From contig NZ_JAUNLP010000006.1 in assembly GCF_030532195.1 (NCBI RefSeq), positions 121,211 through 185,210 of the forward strand: 64,000 nucleotides of DNA. The letters run 5' to 3'. Within the stretch, counting starts at the first letter, position 1. Each line of letters starts with the position of its first letter. The notes beneath the pieces are model-generated. The model did no database searches and was not told the origin of the DNA. It saw only the letters and a list, made by a program, of their open reading frames with translations. This DNA is from Corynebacterium sp. (GTDB lineage: Bacteria > Actinomycetota > Actinomycetes > Mycobacteriales > Mycobacteriaceae). Position numbers and translations under genes: made by a program. Shown here one piece after another: positions 47,857-58,647 of this stretch.

Positions 47857-48216
47857 TTACTTAACGTCCAGCAGGTCGATGACGAAGACCAGAGTCTTAC
47901 CAGACAGGAAGTGACCTGCGCCGGCCGGGCCGTATGCCTTCTCCGGCGGGCAGATCAGCTCGCGGCGACCGCCAACCTTCATGCCCGGGATACCTTCCTG
48001 CCAGCCGGCAATCAGACCGTTGAGCGGGAACTCGATGGACTGACCACGGTTCCAGGAGGAGTCGAACTCCTCACCGGTTTCGTAATCAACACCGACGTAG
48101 TGAACCTCAACGCGTGCGCCCGGGGTGGCCTCCTTGCCGTCACCGACAGTGAGGTCGTTGATGACGAGTTCCGTCGGAGCCGGACCGGACTTGGCAGTGA
48201 GCTCTGGCTTGGACAA
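47857..48216 (-). CDS. fkpA: FKBP-type peptidyl-prolyl cis-trans isomerase
   Basis: VHYVGVDYETGEEFDSSWNRGQSIEFPLNGLIAGWQEGIPGMKVGGRR. TTG start with an AGGAGA RBS. Confidence 0.9.
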   Translation of the reverse strand: MSKPELTAKSGPAPTELVINDLTVGDGKEATPGARVEVHYVGVDYETGEEFDSSWNRGQSIEFPLNGLIAGWQEGIPGMKVGGRRELICPPEKAYGPAGAGHFLSGKTLVFVIDLLDVK

Positions 48217-48279
48217 GGCAATCTCCTATCACAGTTGGCATACGGCCAAACTTATCTGGGTTTTTTCAAATTCTAGGAA

Positions 48280-48325
48280 AAATGAAAGGCGCGTACCAAC
48301 CTGTCAGAAGTTGGTACGCACCTTT
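48280..48325 (-). terminator. Terminator after gltA
   Basis: GCGTACCAAC (48291-48300) / GTTGGTACGC (48310-48319) stem. On the minus strand it is followed by CTTTCATTTTT. Confidence 0.8.
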
Positions 48326-48349
48326 AGCAGCGTTTACTACGCTGAAATC

Positions 48350-49645
48350 TTAGCGCTGGTCACGCGGAACGAAGTCACGCTCGGTCTCGCCGGTGTAAAT
48401 CTGGCGCGGACGGTTAATCTTCGAAGCCGGGTCGGTGACCTGCTCATTGAACTGAGCAATCCAGCCCGGGAGACGGCCGATGGCGAACAGGACGGTGAAG
48501 AAGTCCGTCGGGAAGCCCATGGCGCGGTAGATCAGGCCGGTGTAGAAGTCAACGTTCGGGTAGAGCTTGCGGGAGACGAAGTAGTCATCAGCCAGTGCAA
48601 TCTCTTCCAGCTTCATAGCCAGATCCAGCAGCTCGTCGCCGCCGAGGTGCTCGAGCACATCGTGAGCGGTCTTCTTAGCGATAGCCGCACGCGGGTCGTA
48701 GGACTTGTAAACGCGGTGACCGAAGCCCATCAGGCGGACGCCCGGCTCCTTGTTCTTCACACGGTTCATGAACTCGGTAGCGTCGCCACCGTGGTTCTGC
48801 TGGATGTCCTCGAGCATCTCCAGAACAGCCTGGTTAGCGCCACCGTGCAGCGGGCCGGACAGAGCGTTGATACCAGCTGCGATGGAGACGAACATGGAAG
48901 CGCCGGAGGAAGCGACCATGCGGACAGTGGAGGTCGAGCAGTTCTGCTCGTGGTCAGCGTGCAGAATCAGCAGCTTGTCCAGGGCCTTAACCAGAACCGG
49001 GTCGACGTGGTAGTCAGCGGTCGGGTAACCGAACATCATACGCAGGAAGTTCTCGCGAGCGTTCAGGCTGTTGTCCGGGTACATGTACGGCTCACCCTTG
49101 GATGCGCGGTAAGCGTATGCAGCCAGCATCGGGACCTTAGCCATCAGGCGAACAGCAGCCAGGTTGCGCTGCTCTTCATTCTGCGGGTCCAGCTCGTCCT
49201 GGTAGTAGGAGGCCAAGATGTTGACCGAGGAAGCCAGGGTCTGCATCGGGTGAGCACCGCGCGGGAAGATGCTGAAGGCACGACGGAAGTCCTCATCCAG
49301 CAGAGTGTGGTGACGGATGTCGTAGTTGAACTGCTCCAGCTCTTCATCGTTCGGCAGGTGGCCGTGAATGAGCAGGTAGGAAACCTCGTTGAAGGTAGCC
49401 TTCTCAGCCAGCTGCTCAATCGGGTAACCGCGGTAGCGCAGGATGCCGTTAGCACCGTCGATGTAAGTGATCTTGGACTCAGTGGAACCGGTGGCGGTGT
49501 AGCCCGGGTCAAAAGTGGTCAGGCCAGTTTCCTGGAGCATCTTGCCCAGTGCAATACCATCATTGCCCTCGGTAGCCTTGACGATGTCCATCTCGAACTC
49601 GCCGCCCGGGTAGTGGAGTACAGCCTTGCCGTCTTTGTTAGCCAC
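48350..49645 (-). CDS. gltA: Citrate synthase (type II)
   Basis: AVLHYPGGEFEMDIVKATEGN...SKITYIDGANGILRYRGYPIEQL...GFGHRVYK closely resembles C. glutamicum GltA. Confidence 0.96.
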   Translation of the reverse strand: MANKDGKAVLHYPGGEFEMDIVKATEGNDGIALGKMLQETGLTTFDPGYTATGSTESKITYIDGANGILRYRGYPIEQLAEKATFNEVSYLLIHGHLPNDEELEQFNYDIRHHTLLDEDFRRAFSIFPRGAHPMQTLASSVNILASYYQDELDPQNEEQRNLAAVRLMAKVPMLAAYAYRASKGEPYMYPDNSLNARENFLRMMFGYPTADYHVDPVLVKALDKLLILHADHEQNCSTSTVRMVASSGASMFVSIAAGINALSGPLHGGANQAVLEMLEDIQQNHGGDATEFMNRVKNKEPGVRLMGFGHRVYKSYDPRAAIAKKTAHDVLEHLGGDELLDLAMKLEEIALADDYFVSRKLYPNVDFYTGLIYRAMGFPTDFFTVLFAIGRLPGWIAQFNEQVTDPASKINRPRQIYTGETERDFVPRDQR

Positions 49646-50200
49646 AACTTCCCTTTCGCAGAAAATTTCTTCTTAACGACTCCAGAGTGCGGGGGAAGCA
49701 AGCACAGCGGAAAACAGCGTGCTGCCTCCCAACTCCACGTCACCCCTTCAGGGTCGCATTGTTTCCAATGATTCAATTATGCGCGACATTTGCGTTCCAG
49801 TGCATCTTGCCGGTGGAAAAAGTTTGCTTTTTTCACATCGGCCGCGTTGTTGACACATGAGAACAACACTTGCAGTGGATTAAAACACACAATATCAAAG
49901 AGTGTGAGGAGCGCAACACCCTCTACCCCATTCGGGCAGTTTGGGCTGCACCAATATTGGCCTTTTCCTACCGTAAAAAGCAAATGGAAATTTGAGGTTT
50001 ACTTCGCCCTCACAGCCTATTTTGTTGTGCTGAGGCACTTAAAATCACGTCCGCCGCACGCACCCTGCCATCAACTACAACTCCACCCGCCGAGCGAGTG
50101 GAATCACACTTAATTGGCCGGAAATGCTATGCCTCACCCTCCCTTCAACATCACATTGACGCAATAAATTCCCGGACCCCACACCACTAAAATTTCTTCG

Positions 50201-50213
50201 CAAACTTTGCAAA
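50201..50213. promoter_or_regulatory. RamB-type operator candidate (CAAACTTTGCAAA)
   Basis: 12/13 match to the C. glutamicum RamB consensus A(A/G)AACTTTGCAAA as I recall it. It lies in the 715-bp gltA-serC divergent region. Confidence 0.4.
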
Positions 50214-50345
50214 AATGCGATTGCACCCTGTTTCAACGTGCTAAGTACGGATGCGGGGGCAATTGAACCCCACCCTTTTACTCTAAGTACCCCCGATTAC
50301 CGCTAGAGTTTGAAGGCAACGGCTGTATTTCGAGCTTAATTTTGA

Positions 50346-51497
<1,152 letters not shown>

Positions 51498-51629
51498 CTA
51501 CCAAGTAACCGCTTGACTCCCGCGCCACGCGCCTGGGCATTGCCCCATATGTCCGTGGCTCGGGAGTTTTGTCGTTTACCATGATTAGTGAGCATTACTT
51601 ATAACGTCGACCAACAAGGAGGTTCTCGC

Positions 51630-52664
51630 ATGAGGGAGCTGAAGCCCATTCTGGACGGCGATGCGACCGATTCACTGACTCTTGTTCCCGCTACCGAAAA
51701 CGAGCAGGAACAACAGGAGGGACTCCGCTTCACGCTGCCTCTCGACGACCACCTGCGCACTTTCCTCATCGAGCATTTCAATCTCACCGATGCCACCGAC
51801 GCATCGAAGGACGAGACGGATTCTGCCGATTCCGCCGATAACGACCCGCTTGACGACGGCGAAAGTGCCACAGTCGGCCACTCTGATGACGAATCCGCCG
51901 AAGAAAGTACCCCTGAGCCAAAGAAGACTCCTACTGCGCCGAAGCCGGTGCTGGAGGAGCCTCGGGTCGTACTGTCTCCGCGCGAGATTCAAAACCGCAT
52001 CCGCAGCGGCCAAAGCGTAGAGGAATTGATTGAGTACAGCGGCATGCAGCCGCGCAAGATTGAGTCCTTCGCGTACCCAGTTCTGGCAGAGCGCGCCCGC
52101 ATTGCGGAGCTGGGCAAGCAGTCCAAGCCACGTCGCCAGGACGGACCGGCGAAGCTGACGCTGTGGGAGATACTCGCCACGGCCTTTGCCGCACGTGGCC
52201 AGGAGCTGGCCGATGCAAGCTGGGATGCCTACCGCGATTCGAATGGCCAGTGGATTGTCACCGTCACCTGGAACGTTGGCCACACCACCAACGTGGCCGA
52301 GTGGAGCTACCAGGCCGAGGGGCTCTCAGCCATCACTATTGCGCGCAATGAGCTGGCCGCCGAGCTGGTTGACCCGGACTACGCCCGCCGCAACCGCGAC
52401 CTGGCTCCGCACGCTGCGCAAGATACCGAGGACGGGGGTGCGGCCCCGGCCATGCCTGCCGCATGGCAGTCGACGGCGGAGCCGCGGGGTGGCCACGGTG
52501 AGCAGGAGGATTCGTCGTCAAGCGATGCTATCGACGACGACATCGACGAGGCGGAATTCCTGCAGCACCCTGAGCCCGAGCAGCCCAGGCGCAAGAAGAA
52601 GACCGTGATGCCGTCGTGGGAAGATGTCCTCCTCGGCGTGCGCCCGAATGGACCGAAGAAGTAG
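51630..52664 (+). CDS. sepH: Septation protein SepH (DUF3071)
   Basis: MRELKPI... N-terminus with an AGGAGG RBS. The central LSPREIQNRIRSGQSVEELIEYSGMQPRKIESFAYPVLAERARIAE helix-turn-helix-like segment is typical of DUF3071. Acidic linkers and a basic tail. Confidence 0.7.
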   Translation: MRELKPILDGDATDSLTLVPATENEQEQQEGLRFTLPLDDHLRTFLIEHFNLTDATDASKDETDSADSADNDPLDDGESATVGHSDDESAEESTPEPKKTPTAPKPVLEEPRVVLSPREIQNRIRSGQSVEELIEYSGMQPRKIESFAYPVLAERARIAELGKQSKPRRQDGPAKLTLWEILATAFAARGQELADASWDAYRDSNGQWIVTVTWNVGHTTNVAEWSYQAEGLSAITIARNELAAELVDPDYARRNRDLAPHAAQDTEDGGAAPAMPAAWQSTAEPRGGHGEQEDSSSSDAIDDDIDEAEFLQHPEPEQPRRKKKTVMPSWEDVLLGVRPNGPKK

Positions 52665-52680
52665 GGGTTGAGTCCGAGAC

Positions 52681-53583
52681 ATGAGCACCACGACGGGCGA
52701 TAGCACCGCAGATTTTGAGTTCTCCGCGATTCGGCGCGGTGTGGTTACCATCTGGTTTATCAGCACAGATGACCCCACCGCCGCAATCAGCACGGGTGCT
52801 GCGCACGATCGTGGTTTCGGTCGTCGTTTTCTTGCTCTGTATGACTCCACGCTGCCGGTAACGCCAATTGGGGATTTCCCGCTCAACCGCTCCGCCGAGA
52901 CCGGTGACGGGGAATATTACATTGGCGGGTACGAGGGCGTGGCTGTCATTCAGACGGTGCTCGACGATGCCTCGCAGCTGTCGCTGCTGCCTGCGCGTCT
53001 GCGCCAGGAAATCGCCGCTACCGATGTCTACGCGAGCGTCTCAGATAAGTCCACGGGATTTGGTGCGTTCGCGCATTGGCACGACGGCGAGCTCAAGCGC
53101 GCATTTTCCGCGACTCGCTACCGCACGCTCGAGGACATCGGTCTGCCCTGCCCCGTCGAAGGCGCCTACTGGGCGGGCAAGCACCGTCCCGCTGAAGTCG
53201 AGGGCGCCGACTCTCGTCCGCGCGAGGGGGTCGGCTTACCGTTCCTGCCCGCCGAGCTTGCCGACGCCGTCATCACCGACTGGCTCGGTTTTGACCCCCA
53301 CTCGCCTGCAGCGGACATTCCAGTCAGCGGGTTTGCTGTCGACGGTCGGCGCGTATCCTCCACAGCCACGTCCTCCGGGGCTACGCGGAACGCTCGGCTA
53401 CCGCTGGTCAATCAGAATAGCTCGTCCCTGGCGGAGGATGAAGGTCGCGGCTACGACGACTACGAGGTCCACAGTGCTGATACCAGCCGTGACTTTGTAG
53501 AGGAGATTGCTCGATTTGGCTCTAAGGCCAAGAGTTTTGTCAGCCGCGCATGGCGCGGTGCCCGCAATCGATTGCAAAAGTAG
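52681..53583 (+). CDS. Conserved hypothetical protein (300 aa)
   Basis: Coding-like codon usage, no overlapping alternative ORF, and no motif I can name. Confidence 0.5.
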   Translation: MSTTTGDSTADFEFSAIRRGVVTIWFISTDDPTAAISTGAAHDRGFGRRFLALYDSTLPVTPIGDFPLNRSAETGDGEYYIGGYEGVAVIQTVLDDASQLSLLPARLRQEIAATDVYASVSDKSTGFGAFAHWHDGELKRAFSATRYRTLEDIGLPCPVEGAYWAGKHRPAEVEGADSRPREGVGLPFLPAELADAVITDWLGFDPHSPAADIPVSGFAVDGRRVSSTATSSGATRNARLPLVNQNSSSLAEDEGRGYDDYEVHSADTSRDFVEEIARFGSKAKSFVSRAWRGARNRLQK

Positions 53584-53609
53584 GGCGCTTCACCCCGCCA
53601 GCGCAATGT

Positions 53610-54476
53610 CTAACCGCGCGTTGCCTGGATGCGTTGGCGCTCATAGAAGGCTATGGCCGCAGACGTTGCTACGTTGAGGCTGTCGGTACCCGGTGACATC
53701 GGAATGCGGGCGCGCACGTCAGTGGCGGCCATAGCGTGCTCGGTAAGGCCTGGGCCTTCCGCACCGACCAAGATGGCCACCTTGTCTGCGGTCATGGCAT
53801 CCCACAGGTCCACGGTGCCTGCCGGTGTCATTGAGACAATCTGAAAACCGTCATCCTTCAGCGATGCCAGGCTTCGCTGCCAGGTGGTCGTGGTTCCCGG
53901 CAGGGTGGCAAACGGGACGGTCAGCACATGCCCCATGGAGACTCGCACGCTGCGCCGATACAGCGGATCGGCGCAGGCGGCACCAAAGAGAATGCCATCG
54001 ACCCCCATACCGGCCGCATTGCGGAATAGAGCACCGATGTTTTCGTGATCGCCCACGCCTTCCATGAGCGCTAGCGTGCGGGCACCGGAGACCACATCTG
54101 CGACCTCTAGCTCCGGGGCGCGGTCAGCCGTGGCAAGAAGCCCGCGGTGCAAATCAAACCCAGCTGCTGCGGCAAGTACTTCGCGGTCCAGCTCATACCA
54201 GGGCACCTGGCTGGCGATGTCGGCCTCACGCGCTGTCAATCCGTCGGCAAGCGTGGCGAGCTTCGCCGCGGTGCCGTAAATCGCACGCAGCGGGAAACGC
54301 GAGCGCACCAGGCGCGGCACAATAAGCGTGCCTTCGGCGATGACAAGTCCCTTGCCGCCGGGCAGATCCGGGCGGGAATCGGACTTGTTGAGATTGCGGA
54401 TGTCATCGAGCCTGCTGTCTGCGGGATCGGTGACGGCAATCGGGGAAAAGCGAGCTAGAGAAGTTGAAGTACTCAT
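53610..54476 (-). CDS. TrmH/SpoU-family RNA 2'-O-methyltransferase
   Basis: GDHENIGALFRNAAGMGVDGI, ILVGAEGPGLT and IPMSPGTDSLNVATSAAIAFY are the SpoU motifs 1-3. Confidence 0.85.
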   Translation of the reverse strand: MSTSTSLARFSPIAVTDPADSRLDDIRNLNKSDSRPDLPGGKGLVIAEGTLIVPRLVRSRFPLRAIYGTAAKLATLADGLTAREADIASQVPWYELDREVLAAAAGFDLHRGLLATADRAPELEVADVVSGARTLALMEGVGDHENIGALFRNAAGMGVDGILFGAACADPLYRRSVRVSMGHVLTVPFATLPGTTTTWQRSLASLKDDGFQIVSMTPAGTVDLWDAMTADKVAILVGAEGPGLTEHAMAATDVRARIPMSPGTDSLNVATSAAIAFYERQRIQATRG

Positions 54477-54486
54477 CGGTTTCTAT

Positions 54487-56019
54487 TTAACCGCCCAGCA
54501 GTGCGGTAAAGGGATCCGCCGCGAAGTAAATGACAAAGAGTCCGGAGACAATCCACATCAGCGGGTGAACGGACTTCGCGCGACCGGAGAAGATGGCCAT
54601 GGCGGAGTAGGTGATAAAGCCAATGCCGATGCCGTTTGCAATCGAGTAGGTGTACGGCATGGTGACGATGGTCAGGAAGGCCGGCAGCGCGATGTCGAAT
54701 CGCGTGAAGTCGATCTCGGTGATCTGGCCAATCATCATGGCACCGACGATGACCAGGACTGGTGCGGCAGCCTCGATCGGCACGATTTCGTAGAGCGGTG
54801 TGAAAAACATCGCCAGCAGGAACAAGATACCGGTGACAATGTTCGCCAGACCGGTGCGCGCACCATCGGCAATACCGGCGGCGGAATCCACATAGACCGT
54901 GTTGGACGAGGAGCTGACGGCACCACCGACGATGGCACCTGCGCCCTCGACGACCAGGGCGCGCTTCATGTCCGGCAGCACGCCTTCGTCATCGACCAAC
55001 CCGGCCTGCTTGCCCAGGCCATTCATCGTGCCCATGGCATCGAAGAAGTTGGCCAGCACGAGCGTGAACAGCAGCATGGTGGCGCTGAGGGCACCAATGC
55101 GCGCAAAGGAGCCAAAGATGTCCACGGCACCGACCAACGAGAGATCCGGCATGCCACCGACGCGGTCCGGCAGAGTCGGCACAGCGAGGTTCCAGCCGGT
55201 TGGCACCGGCTTGCCATCGGCGAAGGAGGGACCAGCGCCGACCAGTGCCTCAACAGCCAGTGCAATGACGGTGTTGAGAACGATGCCGATAAACAGGCCA
55301 CCGGGGATATTGCGGACGACCATGATGCCGCAAATCAACAGGCCGAGGACGAACACAGCAGTCGGCCACGAGGCAATCTGGCCGTCGATACCCAGCTGAA
55401 CTGGGACTGTGGTGCCCGCGGCATCTGGGATGCGTCGCACCAAGCCACCGTCGACCAGACCGATCATGGCGATAAAGAGGCCGATACCGACGCTCATCGC
55501 GGCCTTCATCGGCGCTGGAATTGCATGGAAGACGGCGGTGCGGAAACCGGACAGTGCCAGCAACACAATGATGACACCGTCGAGCACAACCAGGCCCATG
55601 GCCTCTTCCCAGGACAGACCTTCATTGGCAACGAAGGTGACTGCCACCAACGTGTTGATACCAAGGCCCGTGGCGATGCCGAAGGGGTACTTGGCAAACA
55701 GACCAAAGGCGATGGTCATAACACCGGCGGCCAGTGCAGTAACTGCAGCCACCTGCGGCAGCCCCAGGCTATGGCCGTTGACATCCTCGATATTGCCCAG
55801 GATGAGTGGGTTCAGCAGGATGATGTACGCCATCGCGAAGAAGGTGACCACACCGCCGCGAATTTCCGTCATCGTGGTCGAGCCGCGCTCGGTGATCTGG
55901 AAGTAGCGGTCTACAGCTGATAGCTGGCGCCCTGGTTTGGTGCCGCGCTTTGACGTCGATGCGTCGGTATCTGCCGCCTTTTCTGGTGGTATGTCAGAGG
56001 TGGACGTAGCTTTGCCCAT
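54487..56019 (-). CDS. NCS2/AzgA-family purine (adenine/guanine/hypoxanthine) permease
   Basis: RYFQITERGSTTMTEIRGGVVTFFAMAYIILLNP is the typical AzgA/PbuG N-terminus, followed by about 13 TM helices. I chose the start at ATG 56019. Confidence 0.88.
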   Translation of the reverse strand: MGKATSTSDIPPEKAADTDASTSKRGTKPGRQLSAVDRYFQITERGSTTMTEIRGGVVTFFAMAYIILLNPLILGNIEDVNGHSLGLPQVAAVTALAAGVMTIAFGLFAKYPFGIATGLGINTLVAVTFVANEGLSWEEAMGLVVLDGVIIVLLALSGFRTAVFHAIPAPMKAAMSVGIGLFIAMIGLVDGGLVRRIPDAAGTTVPVQLGIDGQIASWPTAVFVLGLLICGIMVVRNIPGGLFIGIVLNTVIALAVEALVGAGPSFADGKPVPTGWNLAVPTLPDRVGGMPDLSLVGAVDIFGSFARIGALSATMLLFTLVLANFFDAMGTMNGLGKQAGLVDDEGVLPDMKRALVVEGAGAIVGGAVSSSSNTVYVDSAAGIADGARTGLANIVTGILFLLAMFFTPLYEIVPIEAAAPVLVIVGAMMIGQITEIDFTRFDIALPAFLTIVTMPYTYSIANGIGIGFITYSAMAIFSGRAKSVHPLMWIVSGLFVIYFAADPFTALLGG

Positions 56020-56215
56020 TGTGAAGTGCCTCTCTCTTATGTGGTTATTCCCGCGCGTCACCCACGGAAATTCTTAGGCCAAAAGAGCCGTCGCCACGCG
56101 AAATCTGCGACGCTACTTGGTAAGCGCCACCTGCGACAACGACCCCTCCCAACAATTCCATCTCAGGTTGTTTTCAGCAAAGGGTCTGCATACCTACGGC
56201 ACACCTAGCGCACAT

Positions 56216-56908
56216 CTACAGGTGCGAATCCTGGTAGGGCTCGGCAACTGGCGCGCCCTGCCCAGTTACCTCCGGGATTGCCGAGTGCGCACCACAGCCG
56301 TGGTCAAAGCTGACCGCCGTGGCATCGAACGTCCACTCATTGGTGCACACGCCCCAGTTCTCCCCCAGCGGACCAGTCAGCGGCACCATGAATGCACAGG
56401 TCCGACAGTGATGCAGAGCTTCCTTGGCAAAGTCACTGTCCGAACCGGTTTCGCCGTCTTCCCAGCGCTGCTCGGTCTCTTCCACTCCGCGCTCAGAGAG
56501 CGTACGGGTCTGCAGATCATCGCCATCGAGCCGCTCATCCCCCAACGCCGCCGGCAATAGATCCCGCGGGCCCAAATCCCCCGGACGCAGTCGGTCTTCA
56601 TAGGGAACCCATTCGGGCGCCTGCAGCGCCGTTTCTCCCGGCACCAGCGCCACCTCGCTGACCGTAGCGTGCTGAGTGCCCGGCGCGCAGGCGACTACCA
56701 CATGCCATTCCCAGCCGCGATAACCCGGCAAATCCGCTGCAAAACGGTGAACCGCTACCCCATTGCCGACGACATTGACGCCGGTGTGCGCGCCGGCGGG
56801 CCCCTCATCCAGCTCTTCAATGGCTGTACGCGCGATGTCTACCGCCTGGTGGTTCATCACCTTCCCCCGTCGGCGGCTGTTACGAGAACGTCGTCGATTT
56901 TCAGTCAC
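56216..56908 (-). CDS. DUF3027-domain protein
   Basis: The C-terminal Cys/His cluster HHCRTCAF...WGVCTN...HGCGAHS fits DUF3027. Start 56908 leaves only 23 bp to the divergent gene, so ATG 56857 is an alternative. Confidence 0.72.
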   Translation of the reverse strand: MTENRRRSRNSRRRGKVMNHQAVDIARTAIEELDEGPAGAHTGVNVVGNGVAVHRFAADLPGYRGWEWHVVVACAPGTQHATVSEVALVPGETALQAPEWVPYEDRLRPGDLGPRDLLPAALGDERLDGDDLQTRTLSERGVEETEQRWEDGETGSDSDFAKEALHHCRTCAFMVPLTGPLGENWGVCTNEWTFDATAVSFDHGCGAHSAIPEVTGQGAPVAEPYQDSHL

Positions 56909-56931
56909 GCTTTCTATCCTAGAGTGAAGCC

Positions 56932-57978
56932 ATGGAAAGATTCCGCTCAGGCGACGCTTACTCCACTGCAGCCCAGGGCAGTTCCCGCTTTACGACGGCA
57001 CGGGCTGCCATCCTCACTGCCGCAACTGCGACCTTATTAACTAGTTGTGTAGCCGGTTGCGCTGCTGGAACGGAGTCGCATGGGCAACAGTCCAGCACCT
57101 CGGCAAGTTCCGCTTCGGCAACGCCCACTTCGGTCGACCCATCTGAGGTTGTCGGTGCTGACAAGGTGCCGGGGGTAAGTCAGGTACCGACGTTGTCCTT
57201 AACTATTGACCAGACGTATTCGGTACCTGCCCCTCCGCTGGATTCAGCGACCGAGACTAAAGCTCCTTTTGTGCAGGGGCTGGAGTTTGAGCCGGACGGG
57301 TCGCTGCTGATGGGCACCGGTCTCTACGGTGAGTCACAGATTTATCGTTTTCCGCAGTGGCTGGACAACCCTGATGCGCCCGCGAGCGATGTCAATAATC
57401 TACCTGCGGATCTTTTCGGTGAGGGCATTACCCGCCATGGGGATACCGTCTGGCAATTAACGTGGCAGGAAAACCGCGCGATTGCCCGCGATGCGGCCAC
57501 TCTGCAGCAGCGCCGCGAAGTGCCATTCGGCACCGAGGGCTGGGGTGCGTGTTCCTTTGCGGACACAATTGTGACTTCCGATGGCAGCGGTACCTTGACC
57601 TTCCGTTCGCCCGATGACCTGTCCCCACAGCGTCAACTCCCCATCACGGCAGGTGGTGAAGAGACGACGTGGCTCAATGAGCTGGAGTGCGTTACAACCG
57701 ATGATGACCACCGCGAGGTGTGGGCCAATGTCTGGCAAAGCCCGTTCATCTACCGCATTGATCCTGACAAGGGCGAGGTCACCGGTATCGTCGATGCAAC
57801 TGAGATTTACCGCGATCTGACCGCACAGATCTCACCGACGGAATTGAACACCATCGACGTTCTCAACGGCATCGCGCTCATTCCGGCAACCGACACACCT
57901 GCTGCCGACGGCACCCGTCAATTCCTCATGACCGGTAAAAAGTGGCCGCTGGCGTACAAAGTGACGGTGGGGAAATAG
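56932..57978 (+). CDS. Glutaminyl-peptide cyclotransferase (beta-propeller, bacterial/plant type) lipoprotein
   Basis: Lipobox LLTSCVAGC. FVQGLEF...GTGLYGES, FGEGIT...WQLTWQ, EGWG...SDGS and LNELE...WANVW blades match the Glu_cyclase_2 family. Confidence 0.8.
   Translation: MERFRSGDAYSTAAQGSSRFTTARAAILTAATATLLTSCVAGCAAGTESHGQQSSTSASSASATPTSVDPSEVVGADKVPGVSQVPTLSLTIDQTYSVPAPPLDSATETKAPFVQGLEFEPDGSLLMGTGLYGESQIYRFPQWLDNPDAPASDVNNLPADLFGEGITRHGDTVWQLTWQENRAIARDAATLQQRREVPFGTEGWGACSFADTIVTSDGSGTLTFRSPDDLSPQRQLPITAGGEETTWLNELECVTTDDDHREVWANVWQSPFIYRIDPDKGEVTGIVDATEIYRDLTAQISPTELNTIDVLNGIALIPATDTPAADGTRQFLMTGKKWPLAYKVTVGK
56987..56998 (-). repeat. Dispersed 12-mer CCGTCGTAAAGC, exact copy (minus strand)
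   Basis: 78 nt upstream of the minus-strand DUF3027 gene start, and antisense within the first codons of the cyclotransferase ORF. Confidence 0.85.
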
Positions 57979-58054
57979 CATTGCTGCGTCATAAAAAGCT
58001 AGTGTTGCTTCAAGGTAGCTGCAGTAAGTCAGTGAATATCGGGAGTGAGAGTTG

Positions 58055-58594
58055 ATGGCATCGAAGAATCGCCGCTGGCGGGAAAATAGCAAGGCGTTCA
58101 TGATTGTCGGCGCTATCGTCGTGGTAGGTCTCGTCGTGACAGGCATCGTGCTCCTTGTTAATAAGGTCAGCAGCCAGGCCGTCGAAGATCCCCGCGCGCT
58201 GACCATCGAGGTCGAGGTCAACGGTGAGACCACCAAGGTGTCGCCATACCGCGTCTGCGATTTATTTGAGAAGAACGCGTGCACCACTATCGAGGCCAAC
58301 TCCGCCAAGATTTCGCTGAAGGACGAGGAAACCGCCGAGGTTCGAGTCGGTTCCACCATCGGCTCGAATGCGTGGACTGTTCAGCGCTTCTTCGCCGATG
58401 ACTCCGTCAACTCCACCAGCCGGAAGGACCCGGGCGAGGCCACCAAGGAAACCATCGCTGGCTCTGCTGCTGTGGCTGGCAAGCGCACGCCGCTGGGTGT
58501 CGTGGAGGTCTCCACTGCGCTAATCGGTAAGAACGCCGATGGCGAGGAGACCACTTATGGCATTACGTGGTCGATTGTCAACGAACCGTCGTAA
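58055..58594 (+). CDS. Membrane-anchored hypothetical protein (possibly DUF2771)
   Basis: N-terminal TM helix (FMIVGAIVVVGLVVTGIVLLV) and an extracytoplasmic domain. The family name is from memory only. Confidence 0.5.
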   Translation: MASKNRRWRENSKAFMIVGAIVVVGLVVTGIVLLVNKVSSQAVEDPRALTIEVEVNGETTKVSPYRVCDLFEKNACTTIEANSAKISLKDEETAEVRVGSTIGSNAWTVQRFFADDSVNSTSRKDPGEATKETIAGSAAVAGKRTPLGVVEVSTALIGKNADGEETTYGITWSIVNEPS

Positions 58595-58597
58595 AGC
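58586..58597 (+). repeat. Dispersed 12-mer CCGTCGTAAAGC, exact copy
   Basis: The TAA of the motif is the stop codon of the 58055..58594 gene. Confidence 0.85.
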
Positions 58598-58603
58598 AAA
58601 AGC

Positions 58604-58641
58604 AAAACGCCCGCTCACAGTTTAAATGAGCGGGCGTTTTT
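58604..58641. terminator. Bidirectional terminator between the DUF2771-like gene and the csp gene
   Basis: AAAACGCCCGCTCA (58604-58617) / TGAGCGGGCGTTTT (58627-58640), a perfect 14-bp stem. Confidence 0.88.
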
Positions 58642-58647
58642 GCCGTT

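Noticed and set aside
48125-49771. 548-aa ORF antisense to gltA and fkpA
   Set aside because: It lies opposite two confidently identified genes and would span their terminator. It is a shadow ORF.
54328-55920. 530-aa ORF antisense to the NCS2 permease
   Set aside because: It is a His/Asp/Gly/Arg-rich shadow ORF. The sense strand encodes a clear 13-TM permease.
56020-56215. Purine riboswitch upstream of the purine permease gene
   Set aside because: I could not find the conserved three-way junction core (UAUAAUCGCGUGGAUAUGGCACGCA...CCGUAAAUGUCCGACUAUG pattern).
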